Source: the human T2T-CHM13v2.0 reference genome, Homo sapiens
DNA length: 64,000 nt
Reading direction: 5' to 3' (one strand)
NCBI RefSeq assembly: GCF_009914755.1
Contig: NC_060932.1
Part shown: positions 1-15,425 of the stretch, one piece after another
Layout: each line of letters begins with the position of its first letter
Position numbering within the stretch: position 1 is the stretch's first letter
The notes under the pieces: generated by a model
The model's input: only the letters and a program-made list of their open reading frames with translations
Database searches by the model: none
What the model was told of the DNA's origin: nothing
Translations under genes and position numbers: made by a program

Positions 1-530
1 GGTTCACAACTGTCTTCTATACACCCCACTCTCCCACTATCACCATCCAGCCCCAGAGTGGTACCTTTGTTACTGTCAATGAACCTACACTGACACGTCA
101 TTGTCACCCAAAGTTCATAGTTTATATTGGTTTTGCACATTCTTTGGTTTCTGGACAAATGTTTAATGACATGTATCCACCATTGTAGTATCACACAGAG
201 TTGTTGCACTGCCCAAAAACTTCTCTGTGCTTTGCCTGTTCATCCCCTTCTCCCCTCAACTCCTGGCAACCTTTTTATGGTTTCCCTAGTTTTGCCTTTC
301 CAGAATGTCATATAGTTGGAGTCATACAGTGTGGAGCTTCAGATTGGCTTCTTTCACATAGTCATATACAGTTCACATTCCTCCCTCTCTCTTCATGGTT
401 TGATAGCTCATTTCCTTTTAGCACTGAATTATCCATTGTCTGGATGTACCACAGTTTCTCTATTCACCTACTGGATAGCATCTTGGTTGCTTCCAAGTTT
501 TGGCAATTATGAATAAAGCTGCTATAAACA
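1..530 (-). mobile_element. L1MC-type LINE-1 3' end fragment
   Basis: Motifs aatgaacctacactgacacgtcatt and ttccaagttttggcaattatgaataaagctgctataaaca, typical of antisense L1MC 3' UTR. Confidence 0.7.
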
Positions 531-3128
531 AGTGGAATTTCTATCTATATTAGTAAAGCAATGCTGGTAGAATATGTCACAGACTGTGGAATTGTCCTAT
601 TATAATACAACCAGAAATAATTATCTTGCTTATTTAACAAGATTTTATGAATTCCTACCTAATGGATTTTACCAGTTTTATGTGGATCTCCAATTTGAAG
701 GCTATCACCTATCTACAGAATGAGTGGGCTTCTACATGAAAGATGTAATTCTCTCTCCAAATGGAAGAGGTTTAGAGTTTTTGTTAGGAGAAACCTTTTC
801 AAATCTTCTTTGAATGTACTTCATTCACTCACGTTATAATTGTTTTCGCAGAGTGCATTTTGGGATTTTCTTTTGTTTTGCAGCCTCAGGGGAATAGGAA
901 CAGATGTTATTCCAGGGTTCAAAAAATTCTTACTTTTTAATCTCATTTCCTTCTATCTTATTCTTTAATTTTTTGGAAAACTATTTTCTTTTAAACATAA
1001 TACATGAAGTTACTTTTTTTTCCCCTCAGGAAAAAAACCAGCCTTCACCACATCCAAATGCCCATATTTTCTTACTTTGTTGACAGCTAAGTGAGGAATT
1101 GGAGTGGAAATAATTTCGGAGGATATTTTTTGTTGTTTGAAAATCAGTTCTCTACAGTTATTGAAATTCCTTGTCCTGCCAGGGCTTCAGTCATCTCAAA
1201 TGCAGTGCATAGGAGTCTACATTTTTGGTGTAAATACTAGGAAGACTCATTGTCAGGTATAAAATGGCATCTCTCTTTCACCTGTATATAAAGTAGAAAC
1301 TGTATTTTAAAAAATGATATCCTACCACAAGCCCTGACAATGACTTGTAAAGGTTAGGCACAGATGTGGTTTTTCCCTCATTCAGTAATTATCATTTTTG
1401 TTTCTCTCCAGTTCTTGTTTCCTAAGATTATGGGGAAAAGCCTGTACTTAGATACAATGTTTCTTTGATTGTTGTGTGAAATATTTCTTGCCTAATGTAA
1501 TTTAAAAATTGTTATATTAAATATGTTAATTGTTAAATATACAGGAATAAATGACAAAAAGAGGAAGTGATACCCCAGTAAGAAAGTCACAAGGTATCTG
1601 TGTGTGATAAAATAGCAAAACCTGAGATTCAGCTGTAGTCTGTTAGTCTTAAAGCAATATCATAAATATCATAAATAACTTCCTGCAGAAGAGAGACTCT
1701 GAAGAGAAAATAAATGCCATTGCTTGTAAATTCTAGATATGGTCCTTTATGCAGTAAAGAATTATCCTATTAACTCTTAAAAGTTTTACTCAGAGTGAGA
1801 CCTTAAATCAAAGTGCTGCAAATAGTTTTGTCAGGAAGATGTAACACTATATTTAGTGTTACTAAATCTGCTTAAGTAAGGAACTGATGCTTGCACTAAC
1901 CAAACTACAGCTGAGGGCCTTGATACCTGAGAGGCCTATAAAATTTTGAAGCAATGTTTCAAATTCTTTTGGCTTAGAAGAAAACTTTTAATGTCAGACT
2001 GTGTCAACTTCAGCTAAATTTAACTATATCATTTGATTCTCACAAAATAAACTTGGAGATGTACAGGGGAAATTTGTTTTTTCCTTTGTTTTTATCACCT
2101 TTATTAAGATAAAATTTACATAAGAGTATAGGTTTCTGAGTTGTACCAAACTTATACAGTGGTATAATCATTACCAAATTCAAGATATGAATATTTCAGT
2201 ATTCCAAGAAGTTGTCTCATGCATCTGTGCAGTCAAATATTGTTCTCCCACCCCCAGTCCCTGGCAACCATTCATCTGCATTCCTTCACTATTGATTTGC
2301 CTTTTCTAGAATTTCATATCAGTGGAATCATACAAAACATACCTTTTATGTCTCCAACTTCTTTCATTTAGCATGATGCTTTTAAGATTCGTGAGTGTTG
2401 TTACATGTTTCAGTTATTTATGACTTTTGAATGCTAAATACTAATCCATTGAATGGATATAACAAAATTAGTTTACCCATTAATCAGTAGATGGACATTT
2501 GGATTGTTTCCAGGGCCTGACTATTTTGAACTAAGCTGCTGTGAACATCTTGTGTACAAGTTTTTGTGTGGGAATATGTTTTCATTTCCTTTGGGTAAAT
2601 ACCCAGGAGTGGGATTGTGGGGTTGTTGGTAAATATACGTTTAACTTTTTAAGAAACTGCCAAACTGTTTTCCAGTGTGGCTCCACCATTTTATCTTCCC
2701 ACCAGCAAAGAATGAGGTCTTACTGCTCTGCATTCTCTTTGGGACTTGGTGTTTGTGCTTCTCTGTGAGTTTAGTCATTCTAGTGCAGTTATAATGATCT
2801 CTCACTCTAGTTTTATTTTGCATTTTTCTAATGACTGATTATGTTGAGCATCTTTTTATATGATCATTTGTTATTCATGTATCTTCTTGGGTGACATGTC
2901 TGTCAAATCTTTTGTCTATTTTTTTTAATCAGGTTGTTTGCCTTATTTATTATAAGAGCTTTTTGTTTATTCTGGGTACAAGTCCTTAAATATAAGATAT
3001 ACATATTTCCTAGTCTGAGGCTTGCATTTTCATTTTCTTAATATCTTTCAAAGAGCAAATGTTTTAAATTTTTATGAAGTTATATTTATCATTTTTTTTC
3101 TTTTGTGGTTCTTGCTTTTTGTGTTCTA

Positions 3129-3455
<327 letters not shown>

Positions 3456-4785
3456 TTAAACAAAGTCTCAAAGATTTTCTCATGTTTTCCTCTGTAAGTT
3501 TTATAGTTTTAGCTCTTACATTAGGTCAATGGACCATTTAAAATTAATTTTTGTGTTGAGATAAGGGTTGAGGCATTTTTTTTTCTTATAGAGATCCAGT
3601 TGTTGGAAAACCATTTGTTGAAAAGTCTAGCCTTTCCCCGTTTGATTACTTTGTTATCTTTGTGGAAACTCAGTTGGACATGCATGCAAGGTCTGTTTCT
3701 GGGCTTTGTATTCTGTTCTGTCAGTCTTTATGTCTATCCTTATACCAATACAAACTGTAGATTATTATAAGTCTTGAAATCAGAAAGTGTAATTCCTCCC
3801 AATGTTGTTTTTCCTTTTCAAGATCACTATTGACTTTATAGGTCTTTTGTATTTTTATGTACATTTTAAAACTAGCTTTTCAGTTTCTACAAAAAGCACA
3901 TCTGTAGTGAGATTGGGATTGTGTTGAATATATAGCTCAATCTGACATTAGGAATTTACATCTTAATCATATCAAGTCTTAGTCTATGAACATAGTTTGA
4001 TATCTCTCCACTTGTTTAGGTCTTTTTTATTTTCTCTCAACCATTTTAGTGGTTTTCAGTGTACACGTTTTGTACACATAAAATTCCTCTCTAAATATTT
4101 TATATTTTTGTTGCTATTATATTGGTATTGTTTTTAATTTCAGTGCCCGCTTCCTTGTTTCTTGTATCATAGGTCAGTTGGTTTTATTATATTGACCTGT
4201 GAACTTGCTTAACTCATTTATTTGTTCTAGTAGCTTTAAAACATTTTTTTTGTTTAGGATTTTCTATACAATCATGTTATCTGTGAATAGAGATAATTTT
4301 ACTTCTTCCTTTTCAATGTGTCTTCTTTCTTTCTTCTTTTTCCCCTTTATTGAACTAGCACTAACAGTTCAATCTTGAATAGAGTGACAAAAGCAGACAT
4401 TCTTACCTTGTTCCCAGTCTTAGGGAGGAAACATTCAGTTTTTCATCATTAAGTATGATCTTAGCTGTAAGTTTTTCATAGTTGCCCTTTACCAGGATTC
4501 CTTTCAAGGAAAGCTTCTATTTATAATTTTTAATAGTTTTTATCATGATAGATGTTGTATTTTATCAAATGCTTTTTCTGCATCTGTTGAGATGACCACC
4601 TGGTTTTTCTTGCTTAGTCTTGTTAATATGGTAAATCACATTGACTTATATTCTGGGAAAAGTCCCACTCAGTTATGATGTATTATCCATTTTATATTAT
4701 TTAATTTGGTGATATTAAGAATTGTCACATCTGTGTTCATGAGGGACATTCTGGGTTTATGTTTTACTTCCTGTGTTCTTTCTAT

Positions 4786-5110
4786 TTTTTTGTTTTGTTT
4801 TTTGTTTGTTTGTTTTTTTGTTTTCTTTTTCAGACGGTGTCTTGCTCTGTCTCCCAGGCTGGAGTGGAGTGGCGCAATCTCGGCTCACTGCAACTTCTGT
4901 CCTAGGTTCAAGCGATTCTCCTATCTCAGCCTCCAGAGTAGCTGGGATTACAGGTGTCTGCCACCACACCTGGCTAATTTTTGTATTTTTAGTAGAGGCA
5001 GGGATTCAACATGTTGGCCAGGCTGGTCTCGAGCTCCTGACTTCAAGTGATCTGCCCACCTCGGCCTCCCAAAGTGCTGGGATTACAGGCGTGAGCTGCT
5101 GTGCCCGGCT
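4786..5110 (-). mobile_element. Alu (AluS)
   Basis: Antisense dimer with a TTTG-decayed tail. Confidence 0.95.
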
Positions 5111-6109
5111 CTTTCTAGTCTTACAATGTCCTTATATAGTTTTGTTATCATAATAACGTTGGCCTCATGAGATAAGTTGGGAAGTGGTCCTTTCTCTTGT
5201 ATTTTCTGGAAGCATTTGTGTAGAATTGGTATTATTTCTTTCTTAAATGTCTTTGCAAATGTGCCTTTTTTTTATTATAGTGATTATCTTACACTGCTCA
5301 TAATTTACTACCTGGATCTTAGGGCTTGTGCCCTGTACTGAAGTCAGCAGAATAGAATATAGAACAGTAGAGATTATTAGGTCCTTAATACTTTAAAGAT
5401 TGCCAGCACTTTTCTACATGATTTTACTCATGGCAGGAATATTTTTCTCTTGCCAGTTGCCTAAAATAACAGATTTACTAACCACAAACCAAATTAAATT
5501 AGCTTTAGATACAGCAGTAGCCCTTTCCTTATGTCCTTGTGATGCCTGAGTAAAGAACATAGTTTTTACTTGCTAAGCTATGAGATTTTGCCGCCTGTAG
5601 TAGTTTTTAAAATATTGAGTGGCCTATCTCCAGATCTCCCAAACAGATTCATGAACACCATCTTGCTTTTGAACATGTCGATTTTAAAGTACGAGGCCAA
5701 TATGATATTGCCCCAAGCTCATCATTGTTCTTGATGAGAAATGTAGTCCAGGATTCTTAGAAACTTTCTTAATGTGATCTTTCATTTAATGTTCTGTGTC
5801 ATTTTAAGGACTAGAATATGCTATTTTCTTAAGTGTTTTTTTCTCCCTTGACAGTTTTAAACATATTGTCTTTTGCTTCCAAGCCCTTCCATTGCTGAAC
5901 AGTTTTTGTAGGACAGTCTTCAGCTTTATCATTAAGCTGAATCCCTATCAACATCTAGCTGTCCAAGTGAGTTATAGATGGCCAGTGGCTCTGCTTTTTA
6001 CTAGCCTGCACCCTCTTAGCTAACCTTCTTTTTTTAGGGTTTGTATTTTTAGCTATAACTTATTTAACACTATCAGGTGTTAGATGCCATGCCAACTGTT
6101 TTATGTACT

Positions 6110-6510
6110 TGAGAAGCAGGTGTTAACTTCCTCAGTTACAAATGAGAAAACCCAGGCTTAAGGGGATTGACTCATTTGCCAATAGTCATGCAGTTAATTG
6201 CGTTTGTTTTGCCACACAGCCACTGTTCTTTACATAGCAATTTGGTATATAGAGAAAATATGGTGCCATGGTCAAGGGCACGACTTTGAGGATGGACTGT
6301 CTGGCTTCAAAAATCTGATTTCCATCCCTTACTTATTATGTAACTTTGGCCAAATTACTGAATGTCTTAACCCTCAGTTTCTCCTCTTCTGGAAAATGGA
6401 AAGAATAACAACAGTACCTACCTAAACGGATTCTTGAGTGGATTAAATGAGTTAGTTTTGGTAAAGTTTCAAATGGCACATAGTAAATGCCATAGAAGTT
6501 TTTCTGTTAT
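6110..6510. mobile_element. MIR fragments
   Basis: MIR core motifs acaaatgagaaaacccaggct (antisense) and cctcagtttctcctcttctggaaaatggaaagaataacaacagtacctacc (sense). Confidence 0.65.
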
Positions 6511-6745
6511 TATCGTTAACCATTATAATTGCTTAATTTTCAGCAGGCAATCATTTTTCATTCATGTCTCTCCAGATTGACTTTCCTAAAGCTAAGTTTC
6601 CTGAGGCTAAATATGTTAACCATAAGTTTTATAGCTTTGGGCCACTTGATAATGAACTTTTGAACAATAAATTTACTTTTTATGTTAGAAAATTTATTCA
6701 TGTGGTTCAAACTTCAGAAGTACCTTTGGAAGAGTATACAATGCT

Positions 6746-7175
<430 letters not shown>

Positions 7176-7499
7176 CTATTGTCCTTTTATGCCAAATCAA
7201 CACCTAGTTTTTTTTTTAACTTGGAAATGATTCCATATTGGTATATAAGAGTATTATCACTATTTTCAGAAAGAACATAGTATACCATCTTCTAGATACA
7301 TAAATTTCAACTATTAATAGCAGTTAAGTAACTATTTTAAACTATTTTTGCCTTTATTCCACACAAAATAGACACTACTTATGTAACAAATTAAATAAGA
7401 TATATTTTGATAAAGATTTAGATTTCAATTTGATGATAAATATATTATTCTTTAAGATATACATACTCTTGTATGAGTAGGATTTTTTAAAGTTTTGAC

Positions 7500-9115
7500 T
7501 GTGTAATTTATCTAGGAATTTATCCTATAGAAATATTTGCTTATGTCTAGAATGATGACAGTACAAGAATATTTATTGCAGCATATTGTATGATAACAAA
7601 ATGCTGTAAATAACCTACATGTCCACCAGTAAAGGCTAGCTAGGTAAATTATACTATATCTATACTATGGAGTACTATTTGTCCATTAAAGAATAAAGCA
7701 GCTCTGTATGTCTCCAGTGGAATGAAGAAGGGGGTAGGTTGTAAGGTATGGATGGAAGATGACTTATTTTTGTTCCTTTTGGATTTTGTACTCCATGTAT
7801 AAGTTCTGTATTAAAAAAAAATTCCAGCACCAATTTTAAAAACAAATATTATGTCACAGACTCAACAATAATCTGTACCGGCCAGATTCAATTCAGGGGT
7901 TACCAGTTTGTTCATTGTGCTCTCTGATACCAATCAGAATCACAACAGGATTTTGTTGTTTTTGTCAACATGAATCTAAAGTTTATCTGCAAGAAAAAAA
8001 TACATAAGAATAACTAAGAGATTGTTTAAAAAGAACAGGGGAAGGCCAGGCATGGTGGCTCACACCTGAAATCCCAGCACTTTGGGAGACTGAGGTGGGC
8101 AGATTACTTGAGGTCAGGAGTTCAGGACTAGCCTGGCCAACATTATGAAACCTGTCTCTACTAAAAATACGAAGTTAGCCGGATGTGGTGGTGCATGCCT
8201 ATAATCCCAGTTATTCGGGAGACTGAGGAAGGAGAATCATTTGAACTCAGGAGGTGGAGGCTGCAGCGAGCCAAGATTGCGCTACTGCAATCCAGCCTGG
8301 GCGACAGAGCCAGACTCTCTCACCAAAAAAAAAAAAAAGGCGGGGGGATGGGGGAGGAAAGAGTTGGCCAAATTTGCCCTACCAGATATTAAAATACACT
8401 ACATAAGGTTAGAGTAAGTAAAACAGAGTCATTTTATTGTCAGATAAATGTATTAGTTGTACAGGATAGAGTTCATTAATAGATCCTTGGAGATGAGCAA
8501 ATTTAGCTTAAATAAAGGAAGCCCTTTAAATCTGTAAGGAAATAATGTTTTTCCATTGATTCTTTGAAAATGAAAAAATAAATATAGATACCAACATTAT
8601 ACCAGAATCAAAAATCAGTTTTCATATGGATAAAGAACTAAATGAATATACTTTTTAAAGCTGGAGAAAAGATTCTACACTACTGTTAAAAGAAAATAAT
8701 GAATGTTTTTATTATATTGGGATAGGAAAGGCTTTCCTAAGCAATACATAAGACCCCAAAAATAAAATTGTATGGGTCCAACTGCATAAAAATTTTAAGC
8801 ATATATCCAGTAAAAGATACTGTAAACAAGATTCACATTGACAGGTATTTGTAGCATTATAGAGCAAAAGATTGGTATCTATGATGGTATCTCAAATGAG
8901 CTCTTACAAGTTATTATGAAAAATGACAAATAACCTAATAAAAAATTTGCAAGGGATAGCAGTGTGTAACTTATGCAAGACAAAATATAAATGGCCAATA
9001 AGCATATGAAAAGATGAAAGCATCTTAGAATATTAAATAAGAACAATTTAATTGCAAGAGATCAGGGGGGATTTTTGCCCATTAAATCAGCAAACTTTAG
9101 AAGATTGAGGGATAC
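7500..9115 (+). mobile_element. Highly decayed L1ME-like fragments, interrupted by an Alu
   Basis: ctaggaatttatcct...tttattgcagcat, aaatggccaataagcatatgaaaagatg and other L1 ORF2/3' motifs. Confidence 0.6.
8044..8338 (+). mobile_element. Alu (AluS)
   Basis: Full dimer with A tail. Confidence 0.95.
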
Positions 9116-9978
9116 TACTGGTCCACTTCTGTCCATCAAAACCCAGCAAAGACAATAAAATAAACAAAAATATAAGAAAAACTAGTGAAGCCATAGCTAG
9201 AACCTTAAAACACACACCAAGTCAAATAAGAATTCTGGATCAAAACAGAGGAAAATGGTGGGAATTCTTGTATAGATACAGTCTAACATAGAAACCCATG
9301 CCCATCAGCAGTAATTTCCAGTCCCTCAGTCCTCCAAGCCCTGGTATGTACTAATATACTTTCTGTCTCTGCAGATATACCTACAGACAAACTTCCGGAC
9401 ATTTCATAAGATAGAATCATACACTATATAAACTTTTGTGTCGGGCTTCCTTTTACTTAGCATAATGTTTTTAAGATTCACCCATGTTATAGCATGCATC
9501 AGTACTTCATTCCTTTCCATAACTGAATAATATATCATTATATGTATATACTATATTTATTCATCAGTTGGTGGACATGTGGATTGTTTCACTGGCTATT
9601 TTCAATAATAATGCTGCTATGAACATTTGTAGATAAGTTTTCGAGTGGACAGATTCTCTTGGAAATGTGCCTAGAAATAGAACTGCTGGGTCACATGGTA
9701 ATTCTATGTTTAATGTTTTGAGGAACTGCCAAAACTGTTTTCCATTTTATAAAACTACCACCAATGTATGACATTTCCAATTTCTTCACATACTCACCAA
9801 CACTTTATGATAGCTATCCTAATGGATGTGAAGTGGTATGTGTCTCATTGTAGTTTTGATTTGCTGTAGTTTTGATTTAGTGAGTAATGCACTTTTCATG
9901 TGCATCTTGGTTATTTATGTATGTTTTTGGAAAAATGTCTAGCCAAATCCTTTGTCCATTTTAAAAATTGGGTTATTT

Positions 9979-10295
<317 letters not shown>

Positions 10296-10370
10296 TTATT
10301 CATCTTCTTATACTTTTTATATTGAAGTGTTAAGAGTTCTTTATATAGGTTTATATAATATATTGAAGTG

Positions 10371-10454
10371 TTGAGTTCTTTATATTAGTTCATATATAAG
10401 TTGAGTTCTTTATGTAAGTTCATATACAAGTTGAATTCTTTATATAAGTTCACG
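10371..10454. repeat. 30-bp tandem repeat, about 2.8 copies
   Basis: ttgagttctttatattagttcatatataag / ttgagttctttatgtaagttcatatacaag / ttgaattctttatataagttcacg. Confidence 0.9.
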
Positions 10455-10585
10455 TAGACACACGTGAGTAATGCACTGTGTATACGTGAACTTATATCTG
10501 ATAAATCGCTTATCAGATATGTCCCTTAGCAGATGGAGTGTTTGCAAATATTTTCTCCCATGTTTTTGGGTTGTCTTTTCACATT

Positions 10586-10714
10586 CTTGGCTAACGTGAT
10601 GAAACCTGTCTACTAAAAATACAAAAATTACCTGGGTGTGGTGGCGCATGTCTGTAATCCCAGCTATTTGGGAGGCTGAGGAAGGAGAATCATTTGAACC
10701 CAGCAGGTGGAGGC
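10586..10714 (+). mobile_element. Internal Alu fragment with no head and no tail, between 19-bp direct repeats
   Basis: Covers the end of the left arm, the A-rich linker and part of the right arm. Flanked by tgggttgtcttttcacatt at 10567-10585 and 10715-10733. Confidence 0.9.
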
Positions 10715-11714
10715 TGGGTTGTCTTTTCACATTGTTGATAGTGTTCTTTGAAGCACACAAGTTTTTAGTTTTGATGAAGTGTATATTGTTTTGTTGTTTT
10801 GTTTTTGCTTTTAGTATCATAGCTAAGAAAACGCCTATTCCCAAATCATGCAGATTTACATTTGTGTTTTCTTCTGAGAGTTTTATACTTTTAGCTCTTA
10901 CATTTGCATCTTTGATCCACTTTGAGTTACTTTTTATATATGATGTGAGGAAGGGATGTGAACATTATATTAATGTGGATATCCACTTGTCCCATGTATT
11001 TTATTCTTTTTGATGCTATTGTAAGTAGAATTGTTTTCTGAATTTTATTTTTGGATTGTTTATAGTTAATGGATAGAAATAAGGTTTATTTCGTATATTG
11101 ATCTTATATTCTGCAACCATGCTGAATTCATTTGTTAGTTCTAATGGGGTGTGTGTGTGTGTGTGTTTGTGTATTCCTTTGGGTTTTTTATATACAAAAT
11201 CATGTATCTGCAAATAGAGGTAGTTCTACTTTTTCCTTTCCAATCTGGATGCCTTTTCTTTCTTTATCTTGCCTTCTAGCTAGAACCTCTAATACAATGT
11301 TTAACAGAAGTGGCAAGAGCAAACATCCTTGTCTTGTTCCTGATCTTAGGGAAAGTGTTCAGTCTTTCCCCGTTACGTATGATGTCAGCTGTTGTTTGTT
11401 CATATATACCCTATATCAGGGTAAGGAAGTTTGCTTCTATTCTTAGTTTTTTGAGTATTTTATATCATGAAAGACTGTTGGATTTTGTCATGCTTTTTCT
11501 GTGTCTATTAAAATAGTTATGTGGATTTTGTCATTTATTGATGTGACTGTATTACATTGATTTTCGTGTGTTGAGTAAACCTTGCTATCCTGAGATGAAT
11601 CCCACCTGGTCATGGTTTATAATCCTTTATATTTATATATGTTGTTGGATTCAGTTTGCTAGCATTTTGTTGAGGAGTTTTACATCTGCATATGTAAGGG
11701 ACGTTAATCTGTAG

Positions 11715-12008
11715 TTTTTTTTGAGACTGGGTCTCACTCTGTTGCCCAAGCTACAATGCAGTGGCACCATCAGGGCTCACTACAGCCTTGACCTCCTGGG
11801 CTCAAGTGATCCTTCCACCTCAGCCTCACAAGTAGCTGGGGACTACAGGTGTGCGCCATCATGCCTTGCTAACTTTAAAATTTTATTTTGCAGAGATGGT
11901 GTCTTCCTATGTTGCCCAGGCTGGTCTTGAACTCCTAGCCTCAAGTGATCCTCCCTCCTTGGCTTCCTAAAGTGTTGGGATTACAGGTGTCAGCCACCAG
12001 GCCCAGCC
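11715..12008 (-). mobile_element. AluJ
   Basis: Antisense, J-type acagccttgacctcctgggctcaag. TSD tct(g/a)tagtttt. Confidence 0.93.
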
Positions 12009-15000
12009 TGTCTATAGTTTTCCTGTGGTGTCTTTGTCTGATTTTGGTATTAGGATAATACTGCTTCATGGAATTGAGTCAGAAGTGTTTTTTCCTTTTT
12101 TATTTTTATAGAAGAGTTTGTGAAGAGTTGTTAATGGGTGTATGTGCTTTAATTATTTTTTATATGTGTGGTAGAATTTACCAGTAAAGCATTCTGGCTT
12201 TTCTTTGTGGGAAGATGTTTGACTATGAATTCAATATCTTTACTTGCTATGTAACTCTATTCAGATTTTCTGGGCCTTGAGTCAGATTCAGTAGTTTTTT
12301 CCTACAATTATGTTCGTTTCATCTGGATTATGTAATTTGTTGGCATATAGTTGTTCATATAATCGTTGTTGATCTATGTATTTGTTCTGCCTATTATTGA
12401 AAGTGGTATATTGATATCTCCAACTATTATTGTTGAATTATCTCTTTCTGTTTTCAGTTCTGTCATTTTTTGCTTTATGCATTTTAGGGCTCTGTTGTTT
12501 GGTATATGTACATTTATAGTTATATCTTCCTCGTTAATTGAGCCTTTTATTATGTCTTATTTTTTCTAGTAACAAGTTTTATCTTAAGGTCTATTTTGTC
12601 TTACATTAATATTTAACTGTCACTCAAGTTCTCATTTGGTTATTTTTATATGATATATCTTTTTCCATTCTTTTACTTTCAACCTAATTATGTCTTTGAA
12701 TCTGAAATGTATCTCTTATAGACAGCATGAAGTTGGATTGTGTTTCTGCCAATCTCTGTCTTCTTATTGGAGTTTTTAATCTATTTAAATTTAATTTAAT
12801 TATGATAAGGAAGAATTTATATCTGCCATTTTGCCATTTGTTTTCTATATGTGTTTCATCTTTTTGTTCCTCTGTTTGATTACTTTCTCTTTTGTGTTAA
12901 ATAGATTGTTTTCTCATGTACAATTTTAAATCCCTTGTCATTTCTTTTGCTATATTTTTCGAGCTATTTTCTCAGTCATTGCCCTGGAGATTACCATTAA
13001 CATCTTAATTTATGACAATTAATACCAACTTAATTTTAATAGTATAGAAAAACATTTCTCCTATAATAGGTTAATTTTTGTCTTATAAATTACATTTATA
13101 TATTGTGTGCCCATCAACTTAGATTATAATTATTGCATTATATAGTTTTCTTTTATAAATAAAAAAGGAGTTATAGACACAAAATATTTAATTATACTCT
13201 CGTTTATGTTTACCTACATAGTTACCTTTACTGTCACTCTTATTTCTTCAGGTGTATTTGAGTTACTGCTTAATGTCCTTTCCTTTCAGCCTGAAGACCT
13301 GCCTTTAGTATTTCTTACAGGGCACATCTGCTGAGAGCATATTTTCTGTAATTTTACTCATCTGAAAATGTCTTAATGTCTCCTTCCCATGGTTTCTGAT
13401 GAGAAATTAGCTGTTTATCATATTGAGCATTGCTTGTATGTAATGGGTCACTTCTCTCTTGACACTTCAAGATTTTTCTGTTGATCTTTGGTTTTCAACA
13501 ATTTATGATGTGTCTAGGTATGGATTTCTTTGAGTTAACCCTACCTGAAGATCATTGAGCTTTTTAGATGTGTGCATTAATGTTTTTCATCAAATTTGGG
13601 AAGTTTTGGTCACTATTTTTTCAAAATATTCTTCACTTTTCTCTCTGTTTCTTGGATTCCCATTATATGTGTATGTTGGTAAGCCTAATGGTATCCCACA
13701 GGTTTTTGAGCCTTTGTTCCATTTTCTTCATTCTTTTTTTCTTTTTGTTCCTTATAATAGATCATATCCATTGACCTGTCTTCAAGTTTGCTGATTATTT
13801 CTTCTTCCAGTTCATATCTACCGTTGAGTCCTTTTAGATAATTTTTCATTTTATTTTTTATACTTTTCAATTCCAAAATTTCTATTTGGTTCTTATAATT
13901 TTTGTCTGTTTATTGATATTCTGTGTTTGGTAAGGCATTTTTCTCATACTTTCCTTAGTTCCTGAGACATGTTTCTTTTAATTCTTTTAGTCTTTAAAAT
14001 GGTTAATTTAAATCTTTGTCTACTAAGTTCAATATCTGGATTTCTTCTAGGACACTTCTTATTGACTGCTTCTACTGTGTATGAGCCATACTTTCTTGTT
14101 TCTTTGCATGTCTCATAAGTTTTGTTTTAAAACCTGGAAATTCTAAGTAATGTGGAAACTCTGGAAATCAGATTCCTTCCTCCCTTGGATTTATTATTGC
14201 TGTTGTTGGTGATGTTTGTTTAATGAATTTCCTGATTTAACATTATAAAGTTATTATTCTTTGTGGTATGTAGCTGCTGAACTATCTTCCTTGTCAGCTT
14301 AGTGGTCAGCTAATTATTAGGTAAAAATTTCCTCAAATCTCTAGAAACAATAAGTCTCCCAGCTTTTGTCAAGGGGCTCTCTCTGTGTATTGGGCATACC
14401 TTTAATGCTCAGACAGGCAGCTTATAATTCTGCGTAAACCTTCACTTTCTCTTTGTACTAGGTCTCAAGGTCAGCCAGAGGTGAGAGCTTCGAGCCTTCA
14501 CGGGTCTTTCCTATACATCTTCATAGCCCTATACATGTGCACAGCCCTATACAAGTTCATGACCTTCTAGATTCCTAGGAATATGTCATAGCTTTTTGAA
14601 GACTCTCGTGGACATCTCATACCTCCACTTCTCTGTTGAAATATTTTGGTCAGCTTCTTGTTCACATCAGTTGTTGTCATTGCCTCAGGCAGCTGCAGTG
14701 TTAACTTATTGCCACTGATTGTTTTCGACAAATTACCTCACATCTGTCTTTCCTCCTCAGAGAGAAGCTATTCACACTGAGTGAGATCTTGAGTCAGGTC
14801 AAATAAAGCAAGCCTTGCAAATAAAGATTTCCAGGTAATTGCCAGACAGGTCAAATAATGACAGTTCTCTTAGAAGGGTGTTTTGAGGAACTCCAAACCT
14901 GTCCTTTCCCCTCCAGTGACTACTAGGCCACACCTGGTTTTCACTGTGATTGCAGTAATGTTGGTTTTTAAGTCTGCTATAATGATAGTGTGACAGGCAT

Positions 15001-15425
15001 GGGAGGAGGCCAAGTTAAAATGTCACATGCTATTCTTACCAAAATTCAGCATTTTTTAAAATAAATGCTCTTTGGATTGTTGGAAGCCTTTGGTAATTTC
15101 TAAAATTCTGAAGAAGTTGATTCTGACAATTGTTGACAGTGCTTTTATGGAACAGCAGATTTTGCTGTTGTTGCTTTTATGGAGGAGTAGGTTTTCAGAG
15201 GTTTTTACTTCACTATTCTCACTGATGTCACTCCAATTCAAGAGATTTTGAAGGAAAGCTGGCCCCCAAAATTTTCCCTCTAGAATTGTCCTCAAAGTAT
15301 GAAAATGGAGACAAACATACAAACATACAAGGGTTGAAAAATACAGCACCAATTAGCCTGTGCTGTTAAAAACTACTCTGTGAAGAAATCTATACCCAAA
15401 GTTATATTTAAAAATAAGGCATTTT

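Noticed and set aside
860-1600. Several strong-looking acceptors (882, 1029, 1410) with possible donors
   Set aside because: No frame matches HMBOX1. Such sites are expected by chance in T-rich introns and none stands out.
10371-10454. CRISPR-like reading of the 30-bp repeats
   Set aside because: The units are head-to-tail with no spacers, derive from L1 sequence, and lie in a primate intron.
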